From Candidatus Cloacimonadales bacterium (lineage in GTDB: Bacteria; Cloacimonadota; Cloacimonadia; Cloacimonadales; JAFGVF01), in contig OY782781.1 of NCBI GenBank assembly GCA_963678315.1, positions 2,016,001 through 2,080,000 of the forward strand: a DNA stretch of 64,000 nucleotides. Direction: 5' to 3'. Below are positions 39,766-48,964 of the stretch, piece by piece. Under the pieces are notes generated by a model. That model was not told the DNA's origin. It saw nothing but the letters and a program-made list of their open reading frames with translations, and searched no databases. Each line of letters starts with the position of its first letter. Position 1 is the first letter of the stretch. The translations under genes and the position numbers were made by a program.

Positions 39766-40793
39766 TTTACCTCTGAAAAGCTTCCTATCAATGAGTAGTA
39801 CAACATATAATATGGATAACTTATGCTTGCAAAGAAGTCTGTAATTGTATATCTTTCATTATGTTTTGCTACTGAACATAGATAGAACATATTTATACCT
39901 AATAAATAAGTTAGCACAGGTTTAACATCGAATATTACACTTACAGGAAGAGTGATATAAAATACTAAAACAAGAATAGAAAAGAATTTATGGAATGGGG
40001 AAGACATAGAGTATTTGCCATAGTGTCTTCTTGCTTGACTCTTTCTTTGTTCCTTATTGACTATTCTTTCTTGTTCAATAACTTTTGTGTCTGAGTTATA
40101 GACAACCTTCCACTTAGTCTTGCAGATAAGATTAAGAAGTTGTTTGTCATCTCCAGATTGATTATGTTTGATTTTGGAGTATCCTCCAACTTCATTAATT
40201 ACTTCTCTTCTAATAGCTAAATTACCACCTGAACAAGAAAAGGGTTTTCCGATTCCAACCATAGAAGCAAATAATCCAGAAGAAAATACTCTCTTGAACT
40301 TCATTAAACTGCTTAGTCTTTGGCCTCTAATGTAGCCTAGAACAAGTCCTGTATCCTTCAAGAAATACTTATCAAAACTTTGAATCCAATTAGGAGGAAC
40401 AATAGCATCAGCATCAGTAAATAGTATTATATCTTTGGAAGAGTAATCTACAGCTGTTTGCAAAGCAGCTTTTTTCCCAAGATAGTCATGGTATTTGCTT
40501 TCAGGTTTTAGTAGAATCCAATTGCTATGCTTGTTTGTATATCTACTAATTACTTGTGATGTCTGGTCGGTTGAGTTGTCATCTACTAATATAATCTCAT
40601 AAAGAGAATAATCATAAGTTAAATTCTCTAAAGAGATTAATAATCTTTCAATAATAGCTTCTTCATTATAAGCACTAATGACAATAGAAAACGAGTTATC
40701 ATTCTTTGAAGTAGGATATTTTCTTAATATGAAAAGTCCTAAGATAGCGTATGACAAGCTAAAGAGGTAAATAAATAAATAAAAAATCTGCAT
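39753..40793 (-). CDS. Membrane glycosyltransferase family 2
   Basis: AYNEE, VDDNSTD, GKKAAL, FTDAD, SGDD, QARRH. Confidence 0.88.
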   Translation of the reverse strand: MQIFYLFIYLFSLSYAILGLFILRKYPTSKNDNSFSIVISAYNEEAIIERLLISLENLTYDYSLYEIILVDDNSTDQTSQVISRYTNKHSNWILLKPESKYHDYLGKKAALQTAVDYSSKDIILFTDADAIVPPNWIQSFDKYFLKDTGLVLGYIRGQRLSSLMKFKRVFSSGLFASMVGIGKPFSCSGGNLAIRREVINEVGGYSKIKHNQSGDDKQLLNLICKTKWKVVYNSDTKVIEQERIVNKEQRKSQARRHYGKYSMSSPFHKFFSILVLVFYITLPVSVIFDVKPVLTYLLGINMFYLCSVAKHNERYTITDFFASISYPYYMLYYSLIGSFSEVKWKK

Positions 40794-42301
40794 TAGAATT
40801 TTGTATGATAACTTACTACCAATTCTTTATCAAATGATTGATCATTCTCTTTAACCAACTCTAAAGATAGCTTCAAATTATGACTATATAAGATGTTGAA
40901 ATTTACTTCATTCTTGATTGATAAGATATCATTAACATCACCTTCAAGCCATGATGCTGACGAATTATCAATATCATCAATTTCATAAGTATAATTTAAA
41001 TCATAAGAGTTTGCTTCAGAACCTTGTCTAATATAAGAAGCATTAGCACAGTAATCTATGTAATCATTGAATAATGAGAAATTAGCTTCTATAGTATATT
41101 TGATTAAATTTGTACCGTCAGGGAATCCTAATGGTGTGTTATCATTGGATACTTTTGTATATAAATATTTATGAGTGTAGAGCCATGGACGTATTGCTGT
41201 AAACTCAATTCCAATATTTTCCATCGAGAAAAGACTCGATTGAATAATGTCTTTTCTAACATAACCTAATTGAAAAGCGTACTTGTTGCCCCACCAACTG
41301 GTGAATAATTTGCTTTTGGAAAGTTCATCAAAGATAGCGTTAGAATAGATCAAGTCTTTACTTGTTGGCATATAGTTTAATCCACCAAAGATTAAGACAT
41401 TGCCTCTATCGCCTTGGTTGTGCTCAACTATGCGCCAGAAGCCTAAAGGAATCAAATAATTGATGTCTATGTTTCTGTTGCCATAAAAGATTTGTTCTCC
41501 AAAAAAGATATTGAATTTTTCGCTTGGATTCCATGAAAAGGAGTGCATTGCTAAATACTTGTCTGGAGCATCATGTTTATTAATAGACCCTAAGCCATCA
41601 GTTCTTGTGCTATCACAAACTAGACTAGCATGTACAAAATCTAAATTGAAATGACCAAATTCTAATGAGTAATTAAGGAAACCATAATCATTGGTGTTTT
41701 CATCACTAAGAATGATAGATCCTCCAATATTAGAACCAACTTCAATTTTATCTCTTCTTATTGAGGCATAACTATTTTCATTAAAGTTATAAGTAATGTC
41801 TCCTTTCATTTTATCAATGTATATGGTGTCATCTTCTTCTTGTACCCAAGAGTTAACTAGATATGAGGATTGAGAGTAATCATCGTTTGTTGATGTATGC
41901 CCTTTCCACCAATGCCCATTGATAGATAAGTTCTGATATTGGCCATTGAATTCAAAGCCCCAGTAAGTGAAGGTATAATTTTCCCTATCTGCTTTAGAGT
42001 AATCAAAACCACCTAATACGTGTCCTTCTACTTTATATGAATTATCCTGATAAAAGAGTAAACTTTGCTTTTTATATCGTGCAAACAGGTAGTTTGCTAA
42101 AGTATTTTTAAACTTTTTGCTAGATTGTAAAGGAAAAGAATAACCATTCGAAAGAATATCATCATTATCAAACTTAGTTGGCTTATAGTCTTCTTTCAAT
42201 ATACTTTTATCATAGTTTGAATCTATGTAGTTATTAATCTGTAACGCTTTCGCTAATAGGGGAGAAGTAATAAGAAGTAACAATAAAAGTTTCTTAATCA
42301 T
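40793..42301 (-). CDS. Outer-membrane beta-barrel, capsule-assembly Wzi-like
   Basis: Signal peptide, beta-strand pattern, IRPWLYTH...PLGFPDG, C-terminal Phe. Confidence 0.6.
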   Translation of the reverse strand: MIKKLLLLLLITSPLLAKALQINNYIDSNYDKSILKEDYKPTKFDNDDILSNGYSFPLQSSKKFKNTLANYLFARYKKQSLLFYQDNSYKVEGHVLGGFDYSKADRENYTFTYWGFEFNGQYQNLSINGHWWKGHTSTNDDYSQSSYLVNSWVQEEDDTIYIDKMKGDITYNFNENSYASIRRDKIEVGSNIGGSIILSDENTNDYGFLNYSLEFGHFNLDFVHASLVCDSTRTDGLGSINKHDAPDKYLAMHSFSWNPSEKFNIFFGEQIFYGNRNIDINYLIPLGFWRIVEHNQGDRGNVLIFGGLNYMPTSKDLIYSNAIFDELSKSKLFTSWWGNKYAFQLGYVRKDIIQSSLFSMENIGIEFTAIRPWLYTHKYLYTKVSNDNTPLGFPDGTNLIKYTIEANFSLFNDYIDYCANASYIRQGSEANSYDLNYTYEIDDIDNSSASWLEGDVNDILSIKNEVNFNILYSHNLKLSLELVKENDQSFDKELVVSYHTKF

Positions 42302-43392
42302 TACATACGTCCAAGCTTATCAACTATCTTATTGATATTTTCAATAGACATGTTAAGTTCTTTTGCAATAGCTTCAGGTTTCCAGCCATTTTTATAGAGT
42401 TTAACAATTATTCTATCCTTAGTTGTTTCATCATGAATTATACCTTTTTTTAACTTGTTTTCTAAAGAATATAGTTCATCCTTCAATTGTTCATTCTCTA
42501 ATAGATAATATCTTGATTTGCTTGACTTCTTGATAATGATAATTAATTGAATGACAACAATAATAATTAAGCCGATTATGTAATAAATAGAATTGGCTAA
42601 GAAGCTTGTTTGTTCTTGTTTTTTATTGCTTGTCGCTAAAGTATCTACAGCCTTTTGCTGATCTTTGTTATTAGAAGTAACCTTTTTGTCTGTGCTTGTA
42701 GAAAGAGATACTTTCGGGACAATAGTTTCTTTACTAAAATACTCGGGTTTAACTTCATAGTCTAAGAAGACATTATTTTTTACTTTATTGATATTTGCTT
42801 TTGCTATAGCGAACAAATCTGAGTTTTCAGAAACATTACTATAATACTGTAAAGATAGTTTTTTGTTTCTATTTCGTGAATATAAATGTCCTAGATATAA
42901 ATTAACAAGATTATCATTTGTATACTTGGATGTTAATTTCTTAATAGATTTATCTGCTTTCTTTAATGAAAATTTCTGTGCTAAATAAAGGACTTTAGCT
43001 AAATCATTTTCTTTATCTTCAATAGAATTATAAACATCACAGATAACCAGATATCTATTGTCTTCATTTGTATAATTGTAAGTATCTATTTTAATAGGGA
43101 AATTGAATTTAGTATTTAAAATAAGTTTGCTTTTTTTACTATATTTATTAAAATTAATAATGTTCTCTGAATCAAGTTTAAGTGGTATTGCATCTTCATA
43201 AGATTCTTTATCAAATGCAATGGATAAAGTACTATCTTTATAACTAATATTGTTATCTATTTTACTAGTAAATTCTAAGACAATTCTTGAAATATTACCA
43301 AAATCACCAACTCTTGCATCTATGTACATACCACTAGAAAACACAACAAGTGGAATAAATAATAACAAACTCATGATAAACAATTTCTTCAT
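42301..43392 (-). CDS. Hypothetical exported/membrane protein (AMIN-like N-terminus, TPR, TM, C-terminal HTH-like tail)
   Basis: SRIVLEF, RYLVICD, TPR-like LYLGHLY, TM IYYIIGLIIIVVIQLIII, GWKPEAIAKELNMS. Confidence 0.6.
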   Translation of the reverse strand: MKKLFIMSLLLFIPLVVFSSGMYIDARVGDFGNISRIVLEFTSKIDNNISYKDSTLSIAFDKESYEDAIPLKLDSENIINFNKYSKKSKLILNTKFNFPIKIDTYNYTNEDNRYLVICDVYNSIEDKENDLAKVLYLAQKFSLKKADKSIKKLTSKYTNDNLVNLYLGHLYSRNRNKKLSLQYYSNVSENSDLFAIAKANINKVKNNVFLDYEVKPEYFSKETIVPKVSLSTSTDKKVTSNNKDQQKAVDTLATSNKKQEQTSFLANSIYYIIGLIIIVVIQLIIIIKKSSKSRYYLLENEQLKDELYSLENKLKKGIIHDETTKDRIIVKLYKNGWKPEAIAKELNMSIENINKIVDKLGRM

Positions 43393-43442
43393 TGAAACTC
43401 CTTTAATCTAGAAAACAAAAATATCAATAACTAGTCAAGATT

Positions 43443-44363
43443 TTACTTCCAAATTGTTATTGGATACATATAATTGTTATTAAAGCAAAAGTCGTTCCAA
43501 GCATTAAAGCAATCTTTAGATAGCCTATCTTTAGCCTTATTAGTATGAGCTCCTACATGTGAAGATAAGATTAGGTCATCTCGTTTTTCCCAACCTTCAT
43601 ATTGCCAGGGTTCATTTTCATAAACATCTATGGCTCCAGCAAATAGCTTATCCGTTTCTAAGCCTTGTCTGACCGCGTCTATATCTACAACACCACCTCT
43701 TGCTACATTAACAATAAATATCTTATGTTCGAGCATTGATAAAGTTTCTTTTGAAAACATGTGATGCGTCTTGCTATATAAAGGACAGTGAAAAGTTACA
43801 AGGTTACACCATTTTAATCCATCAGTGTAGCTAGTCTTGAAAAAATCAGGATTGTCTACATAAGGATCGCAATATCTAATATTAGCTCCTAGATAGGATA
43901 GCATTTCTGCTACTTTGCTTCCAATTCTGCCTAGTCCAACTATCAGAACATTCAAATCTGAGATTTCTAGATTAGGTGAAAGATCTTTCTTCCATTGATT
44001 CTTTACCAACATTTCATTACCAAGTTTTAACTGCTTTGTTAGTGCAAAAATCATACTTAAGGTGTGTTCAGATGCTGATTGAACATTAGCTTCAGGTGTA
44101 TTTTGGACAACAACTTGGTATTTCTCGGTTGCCTCAACATCGATATTGTCATAACCTGAACCAGCTCGAATAATTGTTTTTACATTTGGGAATCTTTTTA
44201 AATGTGATTCAGTTATGCTGCTTTTTGTCCTTAGAATTATACATTCAATATCTTCTGAAAAGAGTAGATTATCTTGTGTAAAATATTCTTCTACTTTATT
44301 GTCAGAGACTAAGTCCCAAAATAACTTAGGCATTTCATCAAGTACCAGTGTATTTTTATGCAT
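43443..44363 (-). CDS. D-isomer 2-hydroxyacid dehydrogenase (SerA-like, no ACT domain)
   Basis: RAGSGYDNID, VGLGRIG, HCPL, NVARGG, DVYENEP, HVGA. Confidence 0.9.
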   Translation of the reverse strand: MHKNTLVLDEMPKLFWDLVSDNKVEEYFTQDNLLFSEDIECIILRTKSSITESHLKRFPNVKTIIRAGSGYDNIDVEATEKYQVVVQNTPEANVQSASEHTLSMIFALTKQLKLGNEMLVKNQWKKDLSPNLEISDLNVLIVGLGRIGSKVAEMLSYLGANIRYCDPYVDNPDFFKTSYTDGLKWCNLVTFHCPLYSKTHHMFSKETLSMLEHKIFIVNVARGGVVDIDAVRQGLETDKLFAGAIDVYENEPWQYEGWEKRDDLILSSHVGAHTNKAKDRLSKDCFNAWNDFCFNNNYMYPITIWK

Positions 44364-44382
44364 TTCTCCCTCTATAAAGAAG

Positions 44383-44412
44383 AAAATGAGGTTTATAAAA
44401 AAACCTCACTTT
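44383..44412 (-). terminator. Probable terminator after the M16 pair
   Basis: TGAGGTTT/AAACCTCA stem followed by TTTTCTTCTTT on the minus strand. Confidence 0.55.
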
Positions 44413-44434
44413 CATATATTTTTCTTATCTACTA

Positions 44435-46543
44435 TTATTTTATAGTAAAGATTGAATCATCGATTTCTGTATTAAATTTAATTGATTCATATTGAACTGT
44501 TTTAAGAACGGTACCATCATCAAGTTTTGAAGTAATCTTTGAAGGACAAAGAACATTATCAAATCTTTTAAAATCTTCGAAGTAATTTCTTACATTTACC
44601 ATTCCATTTTGAGTTGCTTGTTTAGATTCTGTAAAATAGACATTGTTACTTTCAGAATCAACATACCACTTTTCACTAGCAGAACCAAATTCAACTTTAA
44701 GAACGTGTAGCAATTTACCATCAATTTCTGTTTGTTCTACATAACCAACTTCAACGTTATCTAAATTATTCAAGATACCGAAATATGATGTTTTCATTTG
44801 TTCTAGAACAGGAGCAATCATTTCTGAAGGAATAGGACCAACTTGACCCATAAACTCTTGATATCCCTTATCTTTGTTAATAACAATAGTAATAGTACCT
44901 TGTTGTGAAGATGTCAATAAGTGTACTTTAGCAGGGAAAACAACAGAACTAGTAACTTGTGCTTGAATCTCTCCAAACATACTGTTAGCAACATCATTTT
45001 CTTTACTAACAAAGTTGCTAATTAATTTCTTACCTTTGATGTCATCCATAAGACCAAGGAAGATTTCTTTACCTTTTTTATAGTCCAGTTCTTGAGTTTC
45101 TAATGACTCTTTAATGGTGATATCAAGTTCTGTTACAGGACCATATTTATCTAATGATTCAGGTAATTCATCTTGATTACAAACAAATACATAGATTAAT
45201 TCATCAGGTTTAAGATATTTTTTAGCTACTCGATAAATATCATTAACTGTTACTTTTTCAATTTTTCTTTTTAACTCATTAGGGTAGTTATCATCGATAT
45301 TATATCTTTCATATACAAGCTTTTTAGAAAGAAAACTTCTTCTTGATGCAAATTGGAAGACCCAAGAATTTAAATACACTTCTTTAGCAAAATCTAGCTC
45401 TTCTTGTGTTACTTTTTCTTTAGAAATTTTAACAAGTTCTTCGACGAGAGCATCTGCAGCTAAAATAGTTTTTTCTGTAGCAGTTGGAGCTAAAAGATAT
45501 AATGCACCAGGTCTATCCCAACCAGTTGATAAGAAACCAGATGGAGAATAAGAAAGCCCTTTAGCAGTTCTTACAGATTGGAAGATACGACTATTAAATG
45601 AACCACCAAGGATTTCGTTCAAAAGAACAAGTGCTGGGTAGTCGTCATCATCTCTTCTAGATTCAGAGGGGTGACCGATTAATACCCATGATTGAGTAGC
45701 ATCTTTTTTATCCACAACGTAAACACCTTTCTCTTTAGCTACAGGATTGTACTCTATTTTGTTATCTTGTTTAGGTTTATCTGATACAAAAGAAGCAAAT
45801 CTATATTCTAATGATTTCATCATATCATCCATATCAAAATCACCATAGACTTCTATAGTCATATTGTTTGAATAGTAATAGTCATTGTAGAACTTTCTCA
45901 AATCATCAACAGAAATGTTGTTTATGGTAAATATTTCTTTTTGTCTAATTGGTATATAATCTTCTCCGAAAAGTGCCTTTTGGAATTCTCTGAAGGCAAT
46001 AGCAGAAGCTTCATCATTTCGTGAATAGATACTTGATATTTCTCTATTTTTTAGAATTTCAAACTCATTCTTGTCAAATGTTGGGTTTAAAAGTAAATCT
46101 GAAAAAATATCTAAAGCTAATTCCTTATCTTCTTTTAGAAATGAAATAGATTGATTGCTTTCATAGAATGAACCATATCCATAAACGCTAATAGCATTTT
46201 CTTCGCAGATAACTTTCAAATCTTCAGCAGGATATTTTTTTGAACTTACTGAAATCATATTTGAAGCTAAAGATGCAAGACCTATTTTATCTTCAGGGTC
46301 AAGTATAGAACCCGATTCTGCAGCAATAGAAATATCAACAACAGGTAATTTGTCATCCTGAAGCATATAAACTTTCATTCCATTTGAAAGGGTTCTTACT
46401 TCAACTTCTGGTATCTCAATTTTGTTTAGCTTTGGATATTTTAAATTATCGATTGCTCTTTTTGGTTTAGGACTTGTTGAGTTTGTAGCACAACCAGCTA
46501 AAAGAGTCAAGAAAACCAATAATAATAAACTTAATTTTTTCAT
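44435..46543 (-). CDS. M16B peptidase non-catalytic subunit (lipoprotein) with extra C-terminal beta-rich domain
   Basis: Lipobox LAGC; LSNGMKV; no HxxEH; R/Y pair VRTAKGLSY. Confidence 0.85.
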   Translation of the reverse strand: MKKLSLLLLVFLTLLAGCATNSTSPKPKRAIDNLKYPKLNKIEIPEVEVRTLSNGMKVYMLQDDKLPVVDISIAAESGSILDPEDKIGLASLASNMISVSSKKYPAEDLKVICEENAISVYGYGSFYESNQSISFLKEDKELALDIFSDLLLNPTFDKNEFEILKNREISSIYSRNDEASAIAFREFQKALFGEDYIPIRQKEIFTINNISVDDLRKFYNDYYYSNNMTIEVYGDFDMDDMMKSLEYRFASFVSDKPKQDNKIEYNPVAKEKGVYVVDKKDATQSWVLIGHPSESRRDDDDYPALVLLNEILGGSFNSRIFQSVRTAKGLSYSPSGFLSTGWDRPGALYLLAPTATEKTILAADALVEELVKISKEKVTQEELDFAKEVYLNSWVFQFASRRSFLSKKLVYERYNIDDNYPNELKRKIEKVTVNDIYRVAKKYLKPDELIYVFVCNQDELPESLDKYGPVTELDITIKESLETQELDYKKGKEIFLGLMDDIKGKKLISNFVSKENDVANSMFGEIQAQVTSSVVFPAKVHLLTSSQQGTITIVINKDKGYQEFMGQVGPIPSEMIAPVLEQMKTSYFGILNNLDNVEVGYVEQTEIDGKLLHVLKVEFGSASEKWYVDSESNNVYFTESKQATQNGMVNVRNYFEDFKRFDNVLCPSKITSKLDDGTVLKTVQYESIKFNTEIDDSIFTIK

Positions 46544-46547
46544 CTTC

Positions 46548-48023
46548 CTACTCCTCTGGTTTTTCTAATATTGCAACAGTTCTATTTGTTTTAACTAAGT
46601 ATTTTTTTGCAACGTCTTCAATATCTTGTGTTGTGATTTTATCTAAATCTGATAAGGTATTAAAGAAATCGTTAATGTTACCATCAATAGCATCAGACCA
46701 CACAATTTGAATTGGTAAATAGATACCAGTATCTAAACTAGAGAGCATTCTTTTCTTCATATTTTTCTTATAACTAGTCAACTTTTGTTCATCAATCTTA
46801 CTAGCTAAGAATTCTTCTAGAATTCTATCATATTCTGCAATACAATCTTCTATTGCAACACCTTGTAAAGGCATACACATAAATGAGAATAAGTTCTCAT
46901 ATTTTGTGCCAGGTAGTCCAGCATAAGTTCCTGCAAACATAGCAAGTTTCTTTTCTTCAACCATAGTTTTATATATAGGAGAAGTTTGATTTTGTCCAAG
47001 AATATTAGCTAAAGCTTCAAGATCTTTAAATTCTTCAGATCTTCCTGAAGGAATATGGTAACTAATCATTACCATAGGAGTTGCATCATGTTCAACAACA
47101 ACTCTTTTTTCTTGAGTTTGCTTTGGTTCTCTAACTGTTAAATATTCAGTTTTAGTTCTTGCAGGAATCTTACGTAAGTATTTCTCTGAAAGGTCTTGAA
47201 CTTGTTTATAAGTAACATCGCCATAAAGTACAAAAAGAAGATTTTGTGCACCATAATATTTGTTGAAGAATTCTTTAACATCTGTTCTAGTGATGTTTTC
47301 TATATCTTCTTTGTGACCAATAGTAGTAACTTTGTAAGGGTGTTTTTCGAAGGCAGTATCAACAAGCTTAGCCATTAACTTTCCTTGAGCACTATTAACT
47401 TCACGCATTAATCTTTCATCAAGAATAACTTGTCTTTCTTTATAGAATTCTCTAAAAACAGGGTTAGTAAATCTGTCTGATTCCATATTGAACCATAACT
47501 CTACTCTGTTTGATGGTAAAGAAACTTGGTAGAAGGTCATATCTTGAGCTGTTGCAGCATTAAAGTTTTCTCCACCATTTTGCTTGTAGATTTTTGAATA
47601 CTCATTTGAAATTGCATATTTAGAAGCTTCAACTTCTAGACTATCCAATGTCATTTGGTATTTTTCAACTAAAGCTTCATCTCCAGATTTCTTAGCTAAT
47701 AAAAGTTTTTCAAATACTTGGTCTTCTTTATCCAAAATAACTTTTTCAGCTTCATAATTGGATGTGCCTATAGTCTTAGTTCCTTTGAATGCTAAATGTT
47801 CCAAGAAATGAGCTATACCGGTTATACCTTCAACTTCATTAACTCCACCTACATCAGCCTTTGTTACACAATGTACAATCGGTGCAGTATGGTCTTCAAT
47901 AACCAATATTCTTGCACCATTTCTTAAATTAATCTCTTGAACCTGATCTTTCATTTCTGCAAATTCAATTGCACCTATTGAAAGAATCCCAAAAAGAAAT
48001 ACAAAGAAAATAACTCTCTTCAT
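46548..48023 (-). CDS. M16B zinc peptidase catalytic subunit, exported
   Basis: Signal peptide; GIAHFLEHLAFKGT (HxxEH), NAAT, ERQVILDER. Confidence 0.92.
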   Translation of the reverse strand: MKRVIFFVFLFGILSIGAIEFAEMKDQVQEINLRNGARILVIEDHTAPIVHCVTKADVGGVNEVEGITGIAHFLEHLAFKGTKTIGTSNYEAEKVILDKEDQVFEKLLLAKKSGDEALVEKYQMTLDSLEVEASKYAISNEYSKIYKQNGGENFNAATAQDMTFYQVSLPSNRVELWFNMESDRFTNPVFREFYKERQVILDERLMREVNSAQGKLMAKLVDTAFEKHPYKVTTIGHKEDIENITRTDVKEFFNKYYGAQNLLFVLYGDVTYKQVQDLSEKYLRKIPARTKTEYLTVREPKQTQEKRVVVEHDATPMVMISYHIPSGRSEEFKDLEALANILGQNQTSPIYKTMVEEKKLAMFAGTYAGLPGTKYENLFSFMCMPLQGVAIEDCIAEYDRILEEFLASKIDEQKLTSYKKNMKKRMLSSLDTGIYLPIQIVWSDAIDGNINDFFNTLSDLDKITTQDIEDVAKKYLVKTNRTVAILEKPEE

Positions 48024-48037
48024 TAGAATCTCCTTTT

Positions 48038-48613
48038 TTATTTTTTATTTAACTTTTCTATTAATTTAGCAGCACTTAGCAAATCTTTAACAATAAAATC
48101 TGCTTTTATATCACTGTTTAAGCTTTTTTCAAAAGTATTTTTTCCATTGCCTGTAAGAACTAAGATTGTTTTTAAATTGAAATTAAAACCAAACTCAATA
48201 TCTGATAGTTTATCTCCAATCATAAACGACTTACTTGTTGCAAAGTTACTTTTTTTATTATATGTTTTTAATAAGCCAGTGCAAGGCTTTCTATCCTCAT
48301 GTTCAATATTATATGGCTCAATTACACCATCTTTATGATAGGGAGCAATTAAGATGTCTTCAATAACCCCGCCATCAGCTTCTATTAACCTAATCATTTT
48401 TTCGTGTATCAGTTCTAATTCTTTGAAGCCGTAGTAACCTCTAGCTATGCCTGATTGATTTGTCACGACTACAATCTTATAACCTAATTTATTAAAATTA
48501 TGTATAGCTTTTCCTACATTTGGATAAAGATTAAAATCCTCAGGAGAGCTAATATAGCCAGATTCATCAGCATTTATAGTTCCATCCCTGTCTAGAAATA
48601 TTATCTTTTCCAT
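48038..48613 (-). CDS. gmhB: D,D-heptose 1,7-bisphosphate phosphatase (HAD IIIA)
   Basis: FLDRDGTIN, VTNQSGIARG, RKP, MIGDKLSD. Confidence 0.85.
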   Translation of the reverse strand: MEKIIFLDRDGTINADESGYISSPEDFNLYPNVGKAIHNFNKLGYKIVVVTNQSGIARGYYGFKELELIHEKMIRLIEADGGVIEDILIAPYHKDGVIEPYNIEHEDRKPCTGLLKTYNKKSNFATSKSFMIGDKLSDIEFGFNFNLKTILVLTGNGKNTFEKSLNSDIKADFIVKDLLSAAKLIEKLNKK

Positions 48614-48829
48614 AAATTATCATCCTTTTATAAGTTTGTCTCTAAATACTAATATTGAAATTAATAGTCAAGATTTACTTAAAAATAAAACATCCATACA
48701 TTAATATGATTCTATATGTAGAAAATCCAGTAGAGAATTTTGATAAATAAGATTCTCTTTGTTTTTGCTTGGGTTTATCCCAAAATATAGTACTTAATAT
48801 CTTTCAGAATTTAGTTAATATTGACTTCA

Positions 48830-48880
48830 AACTTAAAAGCCACCTGCATTAAATTGCACTTTTATGCAGGAGGCTACTAA
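48830..48880 (+). repeat. ~50 bp palindrome, copy 2 of the second repeat family
   Basis: AGCCACCTGCATTAAA-TTGCAC-TTTTATGCAGGAGGCT; aligns with 38731-38781. Confidence 0.7.
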
Positions 48881-48964
48881 GTGTAACCCTATATTAAAGT
48901 GTAATTCTTCTAATAATTATTAAACACTCGGCTAGTTACCATCTAATTAAAAGTAAAAAATGAA

